A stretch of DNA of 64,000 nt. Origin: Octopus sinensis (Eukaryota). Below the pieces are notes generated by a model, which was not told where the DNA came from, searched no databases, and saw only the letters and a list, made by a program, of their open reading frames with translations. The translations under genes and the position numbers were made by a program. The DNA lies in contig NC_043018.1 of NCBI RefSeq assembly GCF_006345805.1, positions 28,520,001 to 28,584,000 of the forward strand, given 5' to 3'. This document shows, piece by piece, positions 24,961 through 39,019 of the stretch. The first letter of the stretch is position 1. Every line of letters starts with the position of its first letter.

Positions 24961-25350
24961 CTGCAAAATCTTTAATTTAAATTAATCAATTTACCTTGGT
25001 TTATATCATCATGATGATATGAAATTAGGATGAAAATGCGTTATACAAAATTATCCATGATAAAAAAGAATATTTAACATTTTTGTAATGAGTTAGAAAA
25101 AGAATCGAATATGTATATTCAATGCATCGCCTTAGATTTATTCGATTTAAAATTCAAACTTATAGCGCCAGCCTGATTTATCAGAAATGATTATCTCCCT
25201 TAAAATAACTGCCACTTGGTCAACACGAACTTTACATTTCACATAATCATTACTACCACTACTAACCTAAACACAGTCAATTTCTTGAGATTAATTTAAA
25301 CCAAAAGATAGATGAGTACTAGTCATATAGAAAACCTAAATAGGAAATTG

Positions 25351-25769
25351 GGATGTTTTCGGTTTGAACGGCAGTTTTTAACATAATTTCTAGGTAACTA
25401 AAAAATTTTAAACTTCGTATACTGGTAGAATGTGTTTATAAAACATCTTTTTCTCTTGGCTTTATTGAGAAAATTCTATAGTTTCTAAGATATTTGTTGT
25501 TTCTAAGATATTTCAACCAATCACTGACGTCTATTGAGGTAAAAACATTCTGTGCCGTATGAATATGTCCCTCGTTTAAGAAACAGATTGGGTTTATTTA
25601 CATTTGTGAAGAAAAAAATATACCCTTCCCCCACCCTTAACCCTAACTCTAACTAACCCTAACACTAAAACAGATTGAAATGCAATAGATCGATACTAGG
25701 GTCATAATTATGGGTGACAATTTGATATTACACCGCTAGAAAAAACTGCCGTTCAAACCGAAAAGATCC
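25351..25769. mobile_element. MITE with 29-bp TIRs and an internal telomere-like (taaccc)-type tract
   Basis: TIRs ggatgttttcggtttgaacggcagttttt / aaaaactgccgttcaaaccgaaaagatcc (1 mismatch); cttaaccctaactctaactaaccctaac near 25637-25665. Confidence 0.8.
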
Positions 25770-27129
25770 AGACATTGTACAGTTTCATTAAAATTATTGC
25801 CCAACCCCAAATATCATTAGAAAGGTAGCAGTTAGCGGCATTAACAACGTCTTGTATTTAAACCCTATAATTGTCTGTATTAGAACACAGCATTAGCGAG
25901 AAGTGGCTTTAATGAGAATTTAGTGTTTATTTTGGATATCTACTCTCATTTCCAAGAGTGTTATGAAGAGAAAAGCAACTGGGTTCAGTCCGCCCTTCAG
26001 ACTATATATCACTACGAAATTAGCCCCCAAATATACATCTCCGACTTGGCAACACCTTCCAAGCTCTTATAAATACTGCTGCTCCCATATAAGCGAAATG
26101 TTAGAGTTCGTTATTGCGAAGACCACACCGTTTATAACTTCAAACTGAAAAGAAAAAAGAAATACTCCACTGTTTTCAGTCGAGAAACCCAACTGCAACA
26201 GCCGTAAACCTAAATTTCTGCATAGAAAAAGACTAGATATTCATCGTGTATACAGCAATAAGTGCTATCATTCCTTCAATAAGAAACAAGAAAGTTGGAA
26301 ATTATATAAGATACCTAAAACCAGTCTCTAAATCTGTCTAAGGTTATATACTATTCATTAAGTGGGAGAAATAATTGTGTAATGGATATACTTTAGGTAA
26401 GTCGTATCTCCTTTCCAGCGAGATTGACGACCGCAAACCTAACTTTCTGTATAAAAATGATGTGGTATTCACCTTGAATATGGTAACATGTGCTAACATC
26501 CCTTCTCTTACAAAATAAGAAAAATGGAAATTGTATGAAATACATAATACTAGACTTTAAAACTGCCTTGAGCGGTATACTTTTCTTTGGGTGAAAGAAA
26601 TAATTGTGTAGGGGATATATTTTACGTGAGTCATGTCTCCTTTCCTGCGAGATTATGTTCATAATTCTTGTATTTTGCAATGGAAATACTGAACAGAAAT
26701 TCTTATCCATTCACCAGAATTGGTTTACTTTTAATTTTTTTTACCAAAAAACTTACAAATATTTAATGACGCTTCAACATTGTTACTATATCGTTCTTTT
26801 GAAAATATCAGTATTTGAGTAATTTATTTAGATGTAATGGTAATGTAACTTTTCAGCAATGCTGTTTATATCTAACCAACATTAAATTAAATATCTCCTG
26901 GCAAAAAGCGAAATCAGATTGTAATCCTTGTTTACCGGCAGATTTGTACACCTAAAGCTATTTTTTTGTTATATTGATGTTTTGATAAAGTTTTCATATA
27001 GTGTAACGTCCACAATCGAAAATATTATTGATTCAGACCAACATACGTTACCGAAAAGACTAATTAAAATAGTATTTTTTAATAAAAATATGCGTGAATG
27101 GAATATATTATATATTTCGTACGGCACTA

Positions 27130-27176
<47 letters not shown>

Positions 27177-27198
27177 AGACGCACACATACACACAAAT

Positions 27199-27233
<35 letters not shown>

Positions 27234-27739
27234 TATACGTGTGTGTGTGTTGTTTGTTTCTTTTTTCAACATGGAATTCCATCGTCGTATATCTTATTAG
27301 AAGGAAAATTTATTCGGATTTCAAAACGATAAACAATCGTTGCAAAGAAAGCATACAGCTACAAAAATATAAAACAAAACTTATAACACCAGGGAATAAA
27401 TGTTTATGCGGTAATTTAAAGAACATTGGAAAAGTTTAGAGTGGGAATGGGTGAGGAAACCCATATATAGGCGTAGGAGTGGTTGTAAGGTGTACGTGTG
27501 TATATTTATGTCTCTATGTTTGTCCTCCTCACCATCGCTTGTCAACCGATTTGGTGTGTTGATGTCCACGCAACTGAGTGGTTCGGAAAAACCGACCGTT
27601 AGAATAAGTTCTAGGCTTACAAAGAATAAGTCCTGGGGTCGATTTGTTCGACTAAACGTGGTGCTTTAAATATATAAAGTAACAAACCAAAGAAAGGAAT
27701 TCGTTCAAAGGGGTGTGTAAGACATCCAATTCACTAGTA

Positions 27740-27869
27740 CGTGGTAGTAGTAGTAGTAGTATTAGTAGCAGCAGCAGCAACTGTAGTAGTAGTAGTAGTA
27801 GTGGTGGTGGTGGTGGTGGTGGTGGTGGTGGCAGCAACAGTACTAGTAGTAGACGTCGTCGTCGTTGTC

Positions 27870-27915
<46 letters not shown>

Positions 27916-27955
27916 CAGCAGCAGCAACAGTGGTAGTAGTAGTAGTAGTAGTATG
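27740..27955. repeat. Compound (GTA)n/(GGT)n/(GCA)n microsatellite
   Basis: Read directly from the sequence. Confidence 0.95.
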
Positions 27956-28572
27956 ACACTAAAAATAACTAGAATGCAGGAAAGAGCTGTTATCTCTTTA
28001 TGGTCGACTTGACGATGATTGGTTCAAAAAAGAAAAAAAGAAAAAGAAAAAGACAAAAGTAAGACTATTTGAAACCAGTTTTCTTAGTACAAAGAGAATT
28101 TGTGTTGGCTTGAAACATTTTGGATTAAAGATCTGACAGACTGGATAATGGCACGACGAGAAACTACAACAGCAATTAATGGAATAAAATTACCAGATAA
28201 ACTAGCTTTCATACATGGAATATATGTGACAACTGGATACATGAGGATAAAATTCCAACGTAAAAGATTGCAGTATGTAATTGTGGCTTTAACAATTATG
28301 TTATGCAACAGCTTTTGGTGAAGGTTAGCAGCTAGTTAAACTAACTTTACTGTAATTAAAGACGGCGTCTAACGTAGGCGCAAGGGCGTAAATCTTGGGG
28401 AAACTGGTTATAATTGATTGTAAGTCAACTAGAACTTGACTGGTAACAGGAAATCTGAAATTGGTGAAAGTGTGTGCATGCGTATGTGATTATGAATGTA
28501 TGTATATATGTATAGATTGATAACAGATAATTGATATCCTGTACATTATGAATATGCGTATGTATATATATA

Positions 28573-28616
<44 letters not shown>

Positions 28617-28681
28617 AATTATGTATACGTGTATCTGCATCAGTATCTATCTATCTATCTGAATATATATATATATACACA

Positions 28682-28717
<36 letters not shown>

Positions 28718-28719
28718 TA

Positions 28720-29077
28720 TACTCTTTTACTTGTTTCGGTCATTTGACTGTGGCCATGCTGGAGCACCGCCTTTAGTCGAGCAAATCGACCTCAGAACCC
28801 ATTCCCTGCAAGCCCAGTACCCATTCCATCGGTCTCTTTAGTAACGGGGACGTAAACATACCAGCATCGGATGCTGGGGGGGGGGCAAACACAGACACAC
28901 AAACGTATACATACGACGGGGTTCTTTCAGTTTCCGTCTACTAAATCCGCTCACAAGGCTTTGGTTGGCCCGAGGCTATAGTAGATGACACTTGTCCAAG
29001 GTGCCATGCAGTGGGACTGAACCCAGAACCGTGTGGTTCGTAAGGAAGCTACTTACCACACAGCCACTCCTACGCCT
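28720..29077 (-). mobile_element. CORE-type SINE family A
   Basis: Homologous to 6790-7210. Confidence 0.85.
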
Positions 29078-29744
29078 ATATATATATATAAATACAAAAT
29101 GAGACAAGAACGCAAAACATCCAGAAGTCGATACGTAAAACACGGACGGGTTCCTTCGAAGCCTTTGATCTTCAGTCAAGAACTGGATCATCCTCGCAAT
29201 TTCGGCTGCAGCATTCTACCACTGAACCACAGATGCTGTTCTACCGAAAACTTAATTCTATTATTATTTCATCGGTTTTGAAACAATAACTATCAAATGT
29301 GCCCTAGGCGGATTTCGAACTGGGAACGTAAAGCAGCATATTTAAATAACGCTGCATATTTATATGATGTTCTTTCCTTCCTCTTTACCGATTATGCTAT
29401 CCGCCCCCAGATTCGCAGTGTGGATAATGTGAATGGAAATTATGAATCTGTAATAACTACTGATTTTCGAATATGCCAAGTTAATTGAGATTCAAGTAAC
29501 TTTGCATATTAAAATACCGAAACAACCGTGTCTCGAATATCGAGTTTCCATAAGAGAATAATCAAATGTTTCGCTAATTTCTCTACGAAGTACCATAAGC
29601 ACCACAAACCATATTCTCTTGAAGCTTAACGGAGTTGTATTTATGATATTGGTTACAAAAGAATGTCGATGGATTAACAGAGAAAAATGGGCGCCGAAAG
29701 AAATCTCTTCCGTTTAGCTCGTGGGTTCACGTGGTGAGGGCAAA

Positions 29745-30480
29745 TTAGGAAGAAGAAGAAGAAGAAAAAGAAGAAGAAGAAGAAGAAGAAGAAGGGGAGG
29801 GGAGAAAAGAAAAAGAAAAGGTAGGAGAAAAGAAGAAGGAGGAGGAGAAAGAAGAAGAGGAAGGGGATGAGGAGAAGAAGGAGAACAGCAGCAGCAAACA
29901 ACAACAGGAACAAGAAGAAAAACAAGAAGAAGGAGAAGAAGGAGAAGAAGAAGAAGAAGAAGAAGGAGGAGGAGGAGGTAGAGGAGGAGGAGGAGAACAA
30001 GAACAATTTTCGATAGTTTTGTTGTGTCTGGTGTCGTTGCTTTCATTGTTGTTGTTGAACACAACCATCACTATCACCACCATCAGCACCATCACAACCA
30101 CCAACACCACCACCATCACAACTACTACCACCATCACCTCCACCACCACCAACACCACCAACACCACCATCACTACAACCACAACCACCACAATAACCAC
30201 CACCAACATCACCGACACCAACACCATAACAACCACTACCACCATTACCTGCTCCACCACCATCACCACAATCACCACCATCACCACAACCACAACCACC
30301 AAAACCACCACCACCAACAACAACACCACCATCACCACAACCATAACAACCACTACTGCCATCACTTCCACGACTACCTTCGCCATCACCACCAACACCA
30401 CCATCACCACAACCACAACCACCACAATCACCACCAACATCACCGACGCCAACACCATTACAACAACAATCTCAGCCCTT
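29745..30480. repeat. Compound trinucleotide microsatellites (AAG/AGG, then ACC/ACA)
   Basis: Read directly; the poly-T/H/V ORFs here are artefacts. Confidence 0.95.
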
Positions 30481-31124
30481 ACATCCCGAAAGACAAATGT
30501 AGATGGAAATCAGAACCCAATCAAGTCAGATGAACGAAACAACACCAACAACACCAACAACACAATACAAGGTAGAAAACCAAAACGAAACGAAACGAAA
30601 GCCAAAATTATCCGCAAAACAATATATTATTCAACTGAAAGCCGTTAATCATGGTGCGTTTGCATTTTTGAGACTCATATTGCTTACCAATCCATTGTGT
30701 AGTGGAAAGAGAATCGATTATTAGCCAATGAACCACATCTGTTTTCTTCAAACTCCTAGCTTTCGTTTTTACATAAATTTTGCTTGCTTTTAAATCTTTA
30801 AATCGCGATTCTTATTTTCATGTATTTTAGATTTCGAATTTTTCTAGTATAGTTTTTTTTTCTATTTTAGGAAAAGTTATTTCTCAACTTGATTCCCGAG
30901 GAAAGAAATAAAGTAAGCACTTAGCACGTTGATTATTATTTCATATACGTACAAAATATACGCATAACAGATTAAACTGTTGCCAAGAAAATTTCTTAAC
31001 ATCGGCCTACACAAGTAACATCAGATGTCAAGAAACCTCCTACATGTTCGAGTTGGCCCTAATAACATTATTTTCTGGGGCTGACCTAAGCTAGATATTA
31101 TGCCTATACCGTGTATACCTATTT

Positions 31125-31335
31125 CTTTATTACCCACCAGGGGCTAAACATAGAGGGGACAAACAAGGACAGACATAGGTATTAAGTCGATTACATCGAC
31201 CCCAGTGCGTAACTGGTACTTAATTTATCGACCCCGAAAGGATGAAAGGTAAAGTCGACCTCGGCGGAACTTGAACTCACAACGTAACTGCTAAGCATTT
31301 CGCCCGGCGTGCTAACGATCCTGCCAGCTCACCAC
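31125..31335 (-). mobile_element. SINE family B
   Basis: Homologous to 60955-61190. Confidence 0.8.
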
Positions 31336-31544
31336 ACATAATGTGCCAGCTCACCACACATTATGCCTATACCGTGTATACCATCGTTCTCTCCTTTTTT
31401 TAACATTTTTATTATATAAAAACTCCCAAATTTCTTGTCTGCCTTTGTATTGTCCCATGCAACCTTAACCCTAAAGATAAATAAATGAAATCATCATCCT
31501 CATCATCATCATCATCATCATCATTATTATTATTATTATTATTA

Positions 31545-31586
<42 letters not shown>

Positions 31587-31888
31587 GTATTAATTATTAT
31601 TATTATTATTATTATTTTAATTTTTTTCCTTCTTTCTTCAAATTTTCTTCCGTTTCTCGCCGAGTTTTTTCCATACATCTAGGACAGAGAAGGGCATTGT
31701 ATGCATTCCCAGATTACACGCGCAAATTCACAGATAAAATATGTATCTAAAAATTAATAAATAAATAAATTCATGGATGGATGTTATTTTCACAGCGATA
31801 ATGCTCTTCTCAGTACATGAGCCGTTCCAGTTAACACGATTTTTTGCACTTTCTGTAGGGATGGTAAGTCTGGAATCATTTTCATTAT

Positions 31889-32455
31889 TATTATTATTGA
31901 GTGAGAGAGCAGTGCATGCCATCAAAGTGACACTGGGGTAAAATATACGAAGCCCAATATACCCATCATGACTACCCGTCTGATAAAGGTACACCAGGCA
32001 CATGCATCACAACCATATGTGCGCGACATGGTGATCTCATATCAAGATAAACAGCACATGACCTTGCAGGTGGGGCCCAGTTAGAATTTTCTTCAGGTTG
32101 AGTAGCCCATCCCGCTCAAAAGGTCTCTGAATAAGGGTGTTTAAGGATGTTGAAAGAACCGCCCATGTTTCCAGAGGTGAATTATTCAAACCCCAAGAAT
32201 CCCTCTCAACACATGGCTATGATGCTCCCCCACTACTTCTGCTCGTGATCAGAGATGCACATATCGTCAGCCACTAAGGGACATGCTCAACTGGTTAAAG
32301 TCAAACAACTGACAAGCAAATCTGTGGTATTGAGCAGAATATTGCTGTAGCCCATCTTTTATACCAAAACAAAACAATGTACATGATAACACTTCCAATC
32401 AGTTAAGATCAGAAGCCATGAGAGCCACTGCCTGGTACTGCATCAGGGCATTTAT
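31889..32455. mobile_element. Unclassified ~565-bp non-coding insert within (ATT)n
   Basis: A complex-sequence block sharply bounded by (ATT)n on both sides, with no ORF and no clear TIR. Confidence 0.45.
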
Positions 32456-32462
32456 TATTATA

Positions 32463-32511
<49 letters not shown>

Positions 32512-32521
32512 GTTGTTGTTG

Positions 32522-32552
<31 letters not shown>

Positions 32553-33238
32553 CATTATTATTATTATTATATTATTATTATCATTTATTATATTATTATT
32601 ATTATGATAATTATTATTATTATTATTATATATTATTATTATTATTATTATTATTATCATTATTTCATTATTATTATTATTATCAGTCTGAGTTCAAATT
32701 CCGCCTAGGTCGACTTTGCATTTCAACATTTCGGGGTCGATAAATAAAGTACCAGTTTCGCAATGGGTTCGATGTAATCGACTTAAACCGTTTGTCTGTC
32801 CTTGTTTGTCCCCTCTATGCTTAGCCCCTTGTGGGCAGTAAAGAAATATATTGTTATCATTATTATTATTGTTGTTGTTGTTATCTTTATCATCGATGGT
32901 GGTAGTGCACGTTTTGGCGGTGGTGATAGTGATGGTGGAGCTGCCTGTGGAGCTGGTCGCCGTGCTAATAGTAATTTAGGGGAGAATCCGTAAAGACGTG
33001 ATTTTCGTAACTTTCATTTCTCTTACTCCAATCACATTTTCAAATTAGAATTTTTGTTTTTTTCCTTCAACGTACGACGTAGCAATATTCTCTTTACCTC
33101 AACCACTCCCACCTCCCTACATTGCATTAACTGTAATTAGCGTGTCTTGTTAACGACTTCTCGATTTCGTTACGTCAGATAAATCCCACAGTTTCTCTTG
33201 GAACGGCGCTGAATGGGAAGGAAGACTGTGAAATAAAG

Positions 33239-33263
33239 ATGATGGTGATGATGGTGATGATGG

Positions 33264-33312
<49 letters not shown>

Positions 33313-33367
33313 AGTGGTGGTGGTGGTGGTGGTGGTGATGATGATGGTGATGATGGTGATGATGATG

Positions 33368-33399
<32 letters not shown>

Positions 33400-33604
33400 G
33401 ATGATGATGATGATAATGATGGTGGTGGTGGTGATGATGACGCTGATGATGATTATGATGATGTTGCTGCTGCTGCTGCTGATGATGATAAGAGGGAAGA
33501 TTATGATGACGACGAACAGGAGAATAATGATGGTAATAATGACGATGCTGTTTATAATAATAATTATATTATTAATAATAATAATAATAATAATAATAGT
33601 AGTA

Positions 33605-33643
<39 letters not shown>

Positions 33644-33700
33644 TAATAATAATAATAATAATAACGATAACAACAACAACAATTATAACAGCAAACAGAT
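33239..33700. repeat. Compound (GAT)n/(GGT)n/(AAT)n microsatellite
   Basis: Read directly from the sequence. Confidence 0.95.
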
Positions 33701-33960
33701 ACATTACTAAACAAATAAATAAGCTAAGTAAAATGGCGAATATTTGAAATAGCTAAACACCTGCTTCAGGATGGTTTAAAAGTCAGGAAAGGATGGTAGA
33801 AAAAATTACTGGCTTAACACACGGATGATTGTCGATGTTGCTAATTTAAATTACCAAATTGAAAAGAAAACTTAGAATTACTAATGTATTTTTTTAAGCG
33901 TAAACAAAATAAACAAGACAAGCGATTAACGAGTCGCTACCCCCCCAAGACAGGTTTCAT

Positions 33961-33993
<33 letters not shown>

Positions 33994-34169
33994 CCGTTAA
34001 ATATTTGTTGTGCAAGATTTTTTATGTGAAGTCGTGTGTGTTGAAACAGATATTGTTATATTTCGGATGGTCATATTGCCAGTTTAGCCAATAAAAACAC
34101 ACGCACTATATATTGGTGTTATTTTGCTTCAGTGATATTTATTTTTTACATTAATCTTAATCTTATTTC

Positions 34170-34213
34170 GGCCAAAGTTCTTTCGTCACACTCCTGTGAC
34201 CGCATCAGTGGTC
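34170..34213 (-). ncRNA. Variant minimal hammerhead-like motif (inverted pLTR copy)
   Basis: Minus strand: ggacca-CTGATGCG-gtcac aggagt gtgac-GAAA-gaac-tt/tggcc. Confidence 0.5.
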
Positions 34214-34443
34214 CTTTGTTTCTTCTCACTTATTTGTGTCTCGCCTTACTAACCGTCAGCCATTTTGTATTTCTATTGTATGTCTTCATTTGCGCATGCT
34301 TATATCTCTATGTGCGTCTATGTTTATTTAGTGTGTGTGTGGGGGGGATGCCTGTAATATACATTCTTGTAATTTGTATTTTGTTTTTGTTGTTGTTGCT
34401 TTTGTTCTAATTTTGTTCATGTGTTTACATCCACCCATTATTA

Positions 34444-34941
34444 TTTAGAAGGACCCTAGATAAACTTAAACTAAGAATTAAGGTTTTTGAAAAGCCAGGC
34501 AACCCTATCAGATCTATAATTGGTAGAACCTATCCTTTTAGTAGAACCCTCTGTACGGATAACTATTGCACTGTATGTAGATTTAGCCCACAAAGAAACT
34601 GTAAAGCCAGAAATGTAGTCTATAGTATAAGATGTATAGAGGGACGATGCAGTAACAAGACAGTAACATACGTAGGGGAAACAGCAAGAAGCATTGGAGA
34701 GCGGGTGAATGTACATTGTAGACAACTCAAGGAAGGTAAAAGCTCATCGATTCTGTACCAACACGCTGAACAGGAACACGGGGGATCAATCAATAACATA
34801 GAGATTAAGATATTGTCCACACATAGAACAGATGCAACAATTAGACAACTTACAGAAGCTACACATATAATAGAAAATAAACCTAGCCTGAATAGAAAAC
34901 TAGAATGGAGCAATAGCACACACCACAACATACGACGATAG
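34444..34941 (+). pseudogene. PLE C-terminal linker + GIY-YIG endonuclease (open frame, 5'-truncated)
   Basis: Uninterrupted frame FRRTLDKLKLRIKVFEKPG...CTDNYCTVC...NCKARNVVYSIRC...TYVGETARSIGERVNVH...RQLTEATHIIENKPSLNRKLEW. Confidence 0.88.
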
Positions 34942-35428
34942 AGGATCCTGAAAACATAATAAATACACAGATAAATAAACAAATAGAAATGAATAACTAT
35001 ATATATGTATATATATCTATGTATGTATATGTGTATATATATATATATGTATATGTGTATATATGTGTGTATATATATATATGTATATAATATATATATA
35101 TATATATATATTTTTTTTTTTTTCGATTAGATTATTATTATTACTAATATTGTTGTTATACATACATGCAATATGTAATGATAATAATGGGTGGATGTAA
35201 ACACATGAACAAAATTAGAACAAAAGAAACAACAACAAAAACAAAATACAAATTACAAGAATGTATATAAACAGAAATAACAATATTACAGGCATCCCCC
35301 CACACACACACTAAATAAACATAGACGCACATAGAGATATAAGCATGCGCAAATGAAGACATACAATAGAAATACAAAATGGCTGACGGTTAGTAAGGCG
35401 AGACACAAATAAGTGAGAAGAAAACAAA

Positions 35429-35472
35429 GGACCACTGATGCGGTCACAGGAGTGTGACGAAAGAATTTGGCC
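35429..35472 (+). ncRNA. Variant minimal hammerhead-like motif (sense pLTR copy)
   Basis: ggacca-CTGATGCG-gtcac/gtgac-GAAA-gaatt-tggcc; the core is non-canonical. Confidence 0.45.
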
Positions 35473-35588
35473 GAAATAAGATTAAGATTAATGTAAAAAA
35501 TAAATATCACTGAAGCAAAATAACACCAAATATATAGTGCGTGTGTGTTTTTATTGGCTAAACTGGCAATATGACCATTCCGAAATAT

Positions 35589-35638
<50 letters not shown>

Positions 35639-35641
35639 TTT

Positions 35642-35675
<34 letters not shown>

Positions 35676-35686
35676 ATAATATATTT

Positions 35687-35718
<32 letters not shown>

Positions 35719-35725
35719 ATTTATA

Positions 35726-35773
<48 letters not shown>

Positions 35774-35852
35774 TATATATATATTATATATATATATTAT
35801 ATATTATATAAATATAACACGTATATATATATATGTGTGTGTGTGTATATAT

Positions 35853-36015
35853 AGGCGTAGGAATGGCTGTGTGGTAAGAAGCCTGCTTACCAACCACTTG
35901 GTTGCGGATTCAGTCCCACTGCGTGGCACCTTGGGCAAGTATCTTCTGCTATAGCCTAGGACCGACCAAAGCGTGAGTGGATTTGGTTGACGGAAACTGA
36001 AAGAATCCCGTCGAA
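35853..36015 (+). mobile_element. SINE family A, 5' half
   Basis: tRNA head plus CORE segment gcgtggcaccttgggcaagt. Other partial copies lie at ~6170-6310, 27468-27665, 37170-37385, 52645-52790 and 55720-55940. Confidence 0.8.
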
Positions 36016-36427
36016 TATATATATATATATAAATATGTGTGTGTGTGTGTGTGTGGTGTTAAACAGAGGTTAAACTAATAACGCCAGCTGGAAAGCAGAC
36101 CGTTTTTCAATCGATGTTTTTGGGAAGCCTGACATGAATGCTATCCAGAATACAGTCATTTTGTTTAAAGCCACTGGATTTGGTTAAAAAGATACGATGA
36201 GCAATGGTTAGAAGAAGACGGAGCGAAGCCTTATAACAATTTGATCTAGAAAGCGGGACTTCATTTCGGTGTGACGGGGTGCGGTGCACAATGATGCCGT
36301 CGAGAGACGGACCTGAAACGGTCCCCATTCTCTCCTGGTGACCTTATAAAACTGCTACCATCCGTATGCGGACCTTTCAACTGGTAGCAAATGAATTTGC
36401 AAGTTGTATGTATATATATCTGTGTGT

Positions 36428-36472
<45 letters not shown>

Positions 36473-37965
36473 TGTGAGTGTGTGTGTGTGTGTGTGTGTA
36501 CGTGCGCGTGTTAAAAACAGGGACACAGGAACAGTGAGAAAATAAGAAAAAGCAGGAAAAAAAGGCGAAGGAGTTCGATGCTAAAAATTGGATCATGAAA
36601 GAAAAAGAGAGCAAGAAAAGTAAATTCTCAGTCCTTCCTAGTTGCAGAAACCGCAAATAGTACAGCCAGACAGCAACTCAATCCGGAGCAAGTTATGTTT
36701 TCCTATTTGACAAAAGAAACATGTCCATGTATTAGCACCTGATGAAATATTGGTGACGGGCAAAAAATCTCACACACAATACTAAGATATGCTCCCAATG
36801 ACAATTCTTTCACAGTGCGAATAAGGACCAAACACAAATCCTGGGTTTCTCATAGGACTCACGTCCTAAATCGAAAGGGGGCTGTTCGCGGTGATAATGA
36901 CAAGAGGTGAATGTGGTAGCTAGGAACTTCAAGCTAACGCTTCAAGTTTATGGAAATCATTCACCTGAGAAGGTATTTCAACTAAAAGGGGTTAAGCTGT
37001 TCTGTTGCCTTGCGGGCATTCCTCACCCGTAACAAAAGGCCTTGGTCGTGAACCTTGAAGAAAACCTGGAATTTTAGTGTTTAAGGTAACCTGAGACTGT
37101 TTTCATCAAGGTTCTTACATCTTCTGCAAACAGTCATGGTGCTATCTAAGGGTATGTGTCTTTGCGTCTGTCTGTCTTCTCACCACTGTTGCCAATCGGT
37201 GTTGGTTTATTTATGTCCCGTAACTTTACAGTTCAGCCTAAGAGACCTATAAAGTAAATACTAGGCTTTAAGGAAATAAGTACCGGCTTCTATTTCTTCG
37301 ACTAAAACATTTCAAGGCGGTGCTTCAGCATGGCCGCCGTCCTCTGACTGAAACAAATAAAAAAAAGCATAAATAATAAAACAAGAATAGGACAATAAAA
37401 GTATGGACAGTGTCCATTGTTTCCACAGCCATTGTAATTTTATTTATTTTTTTATGTTTTATTTTTTCTTCTAAAAAGCCAACTCTGTAATTACTGGTGA
37501 TTGAATAACACCGGAAGATCGATAAACCGATTGATTGGTGACGTTGTTGTCCTTAACAGAAAGCATTAATTTGTTCACTTATTGTTCCCACTCCACACAG
37601 GCTAAAATACACCTGAGACTACAAGGTAAGTGATTACGTAAGTGTACCAATACATAGTAGGCGTGACCTACTACTACTACTACTACTACTACTACGAGCA
37701 TGCGTATGAGTGTGTATGTGCGAGTGTATTCAATATTCCATATCAGTAATTGTAGCTAGTCTATTTATGAAGTGGTTATAAAGGTATTCTGCCGTTTTCT
37801 CGGCACCAGATTTCTATTCCCCCGGTTCACAACAGCAGACAGCACTTACGTGCCATCAAACAACAGTATTTGTTACGTCTCATCTCGTATTTGGTAAATG
37901 AATTATATATATATATGTGTGTGTATGAGTGTGTTTTGTATGTGTACGTTGTATATATATATATT

Positions 37966-38036
<71 letters not shown>

Positions 38037-38481
38037 ATATATATATGTATATATGTATATATATATATGTATATAATATGTATTTATATGTATATATGTA
38101 TACACATATACATATATATACATATGTACATATATATATGTATATATGTATATATGTGTATATACATATGTATTTATATGTATATATATACATATACATA
38201 TATATATATAAATGAATGTGTGTGTGTGTATGTATATCGATCTACTAGAGGTAGAATCAACGAAAACAGCGTTCCATCCAGAAAGAGATAAATATCAATA
38301 TAATACACAACCAAAAGCGCTATTAATAGTTTCATGTTTCCATGATACTTGAACAGGTATATTCATAAAATACGCCATGTAACTCCGAAAGATTGGTAGG
38401 AGATACTACATGGTGTATTTTATAAATATGTCTGTTCAAATATCATAAAAGCACACACACACATATGTGTGTGTATGTATG

Positions 38482-38542
<61 letters not shown>

Positions 38543-38754
38543 TATATATATATATATATATATCTATATTATATATATATACGAATGTATGTAAGAATAG
38601 AACTGTTGCGTTAGTGTGTATATGTCTCTCAGTCTGGGTTCGTTTGCGTGTCTGCATATTTTGTTTTCAGCTCTTTAGAATCTGAGTTCAAATCATACCG
38701 ACGTATGCTTTGTCTTGCAATATATCTCGATCAATAAAAGATAGTACCAGAGGA

Positions 38755-39005
38755 GTACTCTCAGCTAATGATGGTCATGTGCTAAAATTTGGAACCCAGG
38801 TGACGAGTTATCAGAATTGTTAGTGCGTTGGACGAAATGCCTAGCGGCGTTTCTTCAAATTACGTTCAAATTCCACCGAGGTCAACATTGCCTTTCATCC
38901 TTTCCGTGTCGCCAAAATATTCACCATTCAGATGCTAAGGCTGGTGTGATCGACTAGTCTCCCTCCCACTAAAATTTAAGGCCTTTTGCCTAAAGTATAA
39001 AGGAC
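38755..39005 (+). mobile_element. SINE family B (degenerate)
   Basis: Head plus gcctttcatcctttccg domain. Further copies lie at ~32685-32848, 40405-40800, 48960-49335 (minus), 56395-57015 and 60345-60590 (minus). Confidence 0.7.
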
Positions 39006-39019
39006 TGGCGGTCCATCTG

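Larger units (their letters stand above)
33994..35595 (+). mobile_element. 5'-truncated Penelope-like element with inverted pseudo-LTR, in (TA)n
   Basis: 34051-34444 is the reverse complement of 35181-35595 (one indel). The two copies flank a GIY-YIG fragment, and (TA)n lies on both outer sides. Confidence 0.88.

Noticed and set aside
29674-30648. Mucin-like poly-Thr / poly-His ORFs
   Set aside because: Trinucleotide microsatellites that are open in most frames, with no splice or domain support.
32200-32285. Minus-strand CTGACGA inside the (ATT)n element
   Set aside because: No GAAA or stem I/III arrangement.
36107-36400. Complex sequence with a WLEEDGAKP motif resembling a transposase QDGA motif
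   Set aside because: The match is too short, the frames are interrupted, and there are no TIRs.
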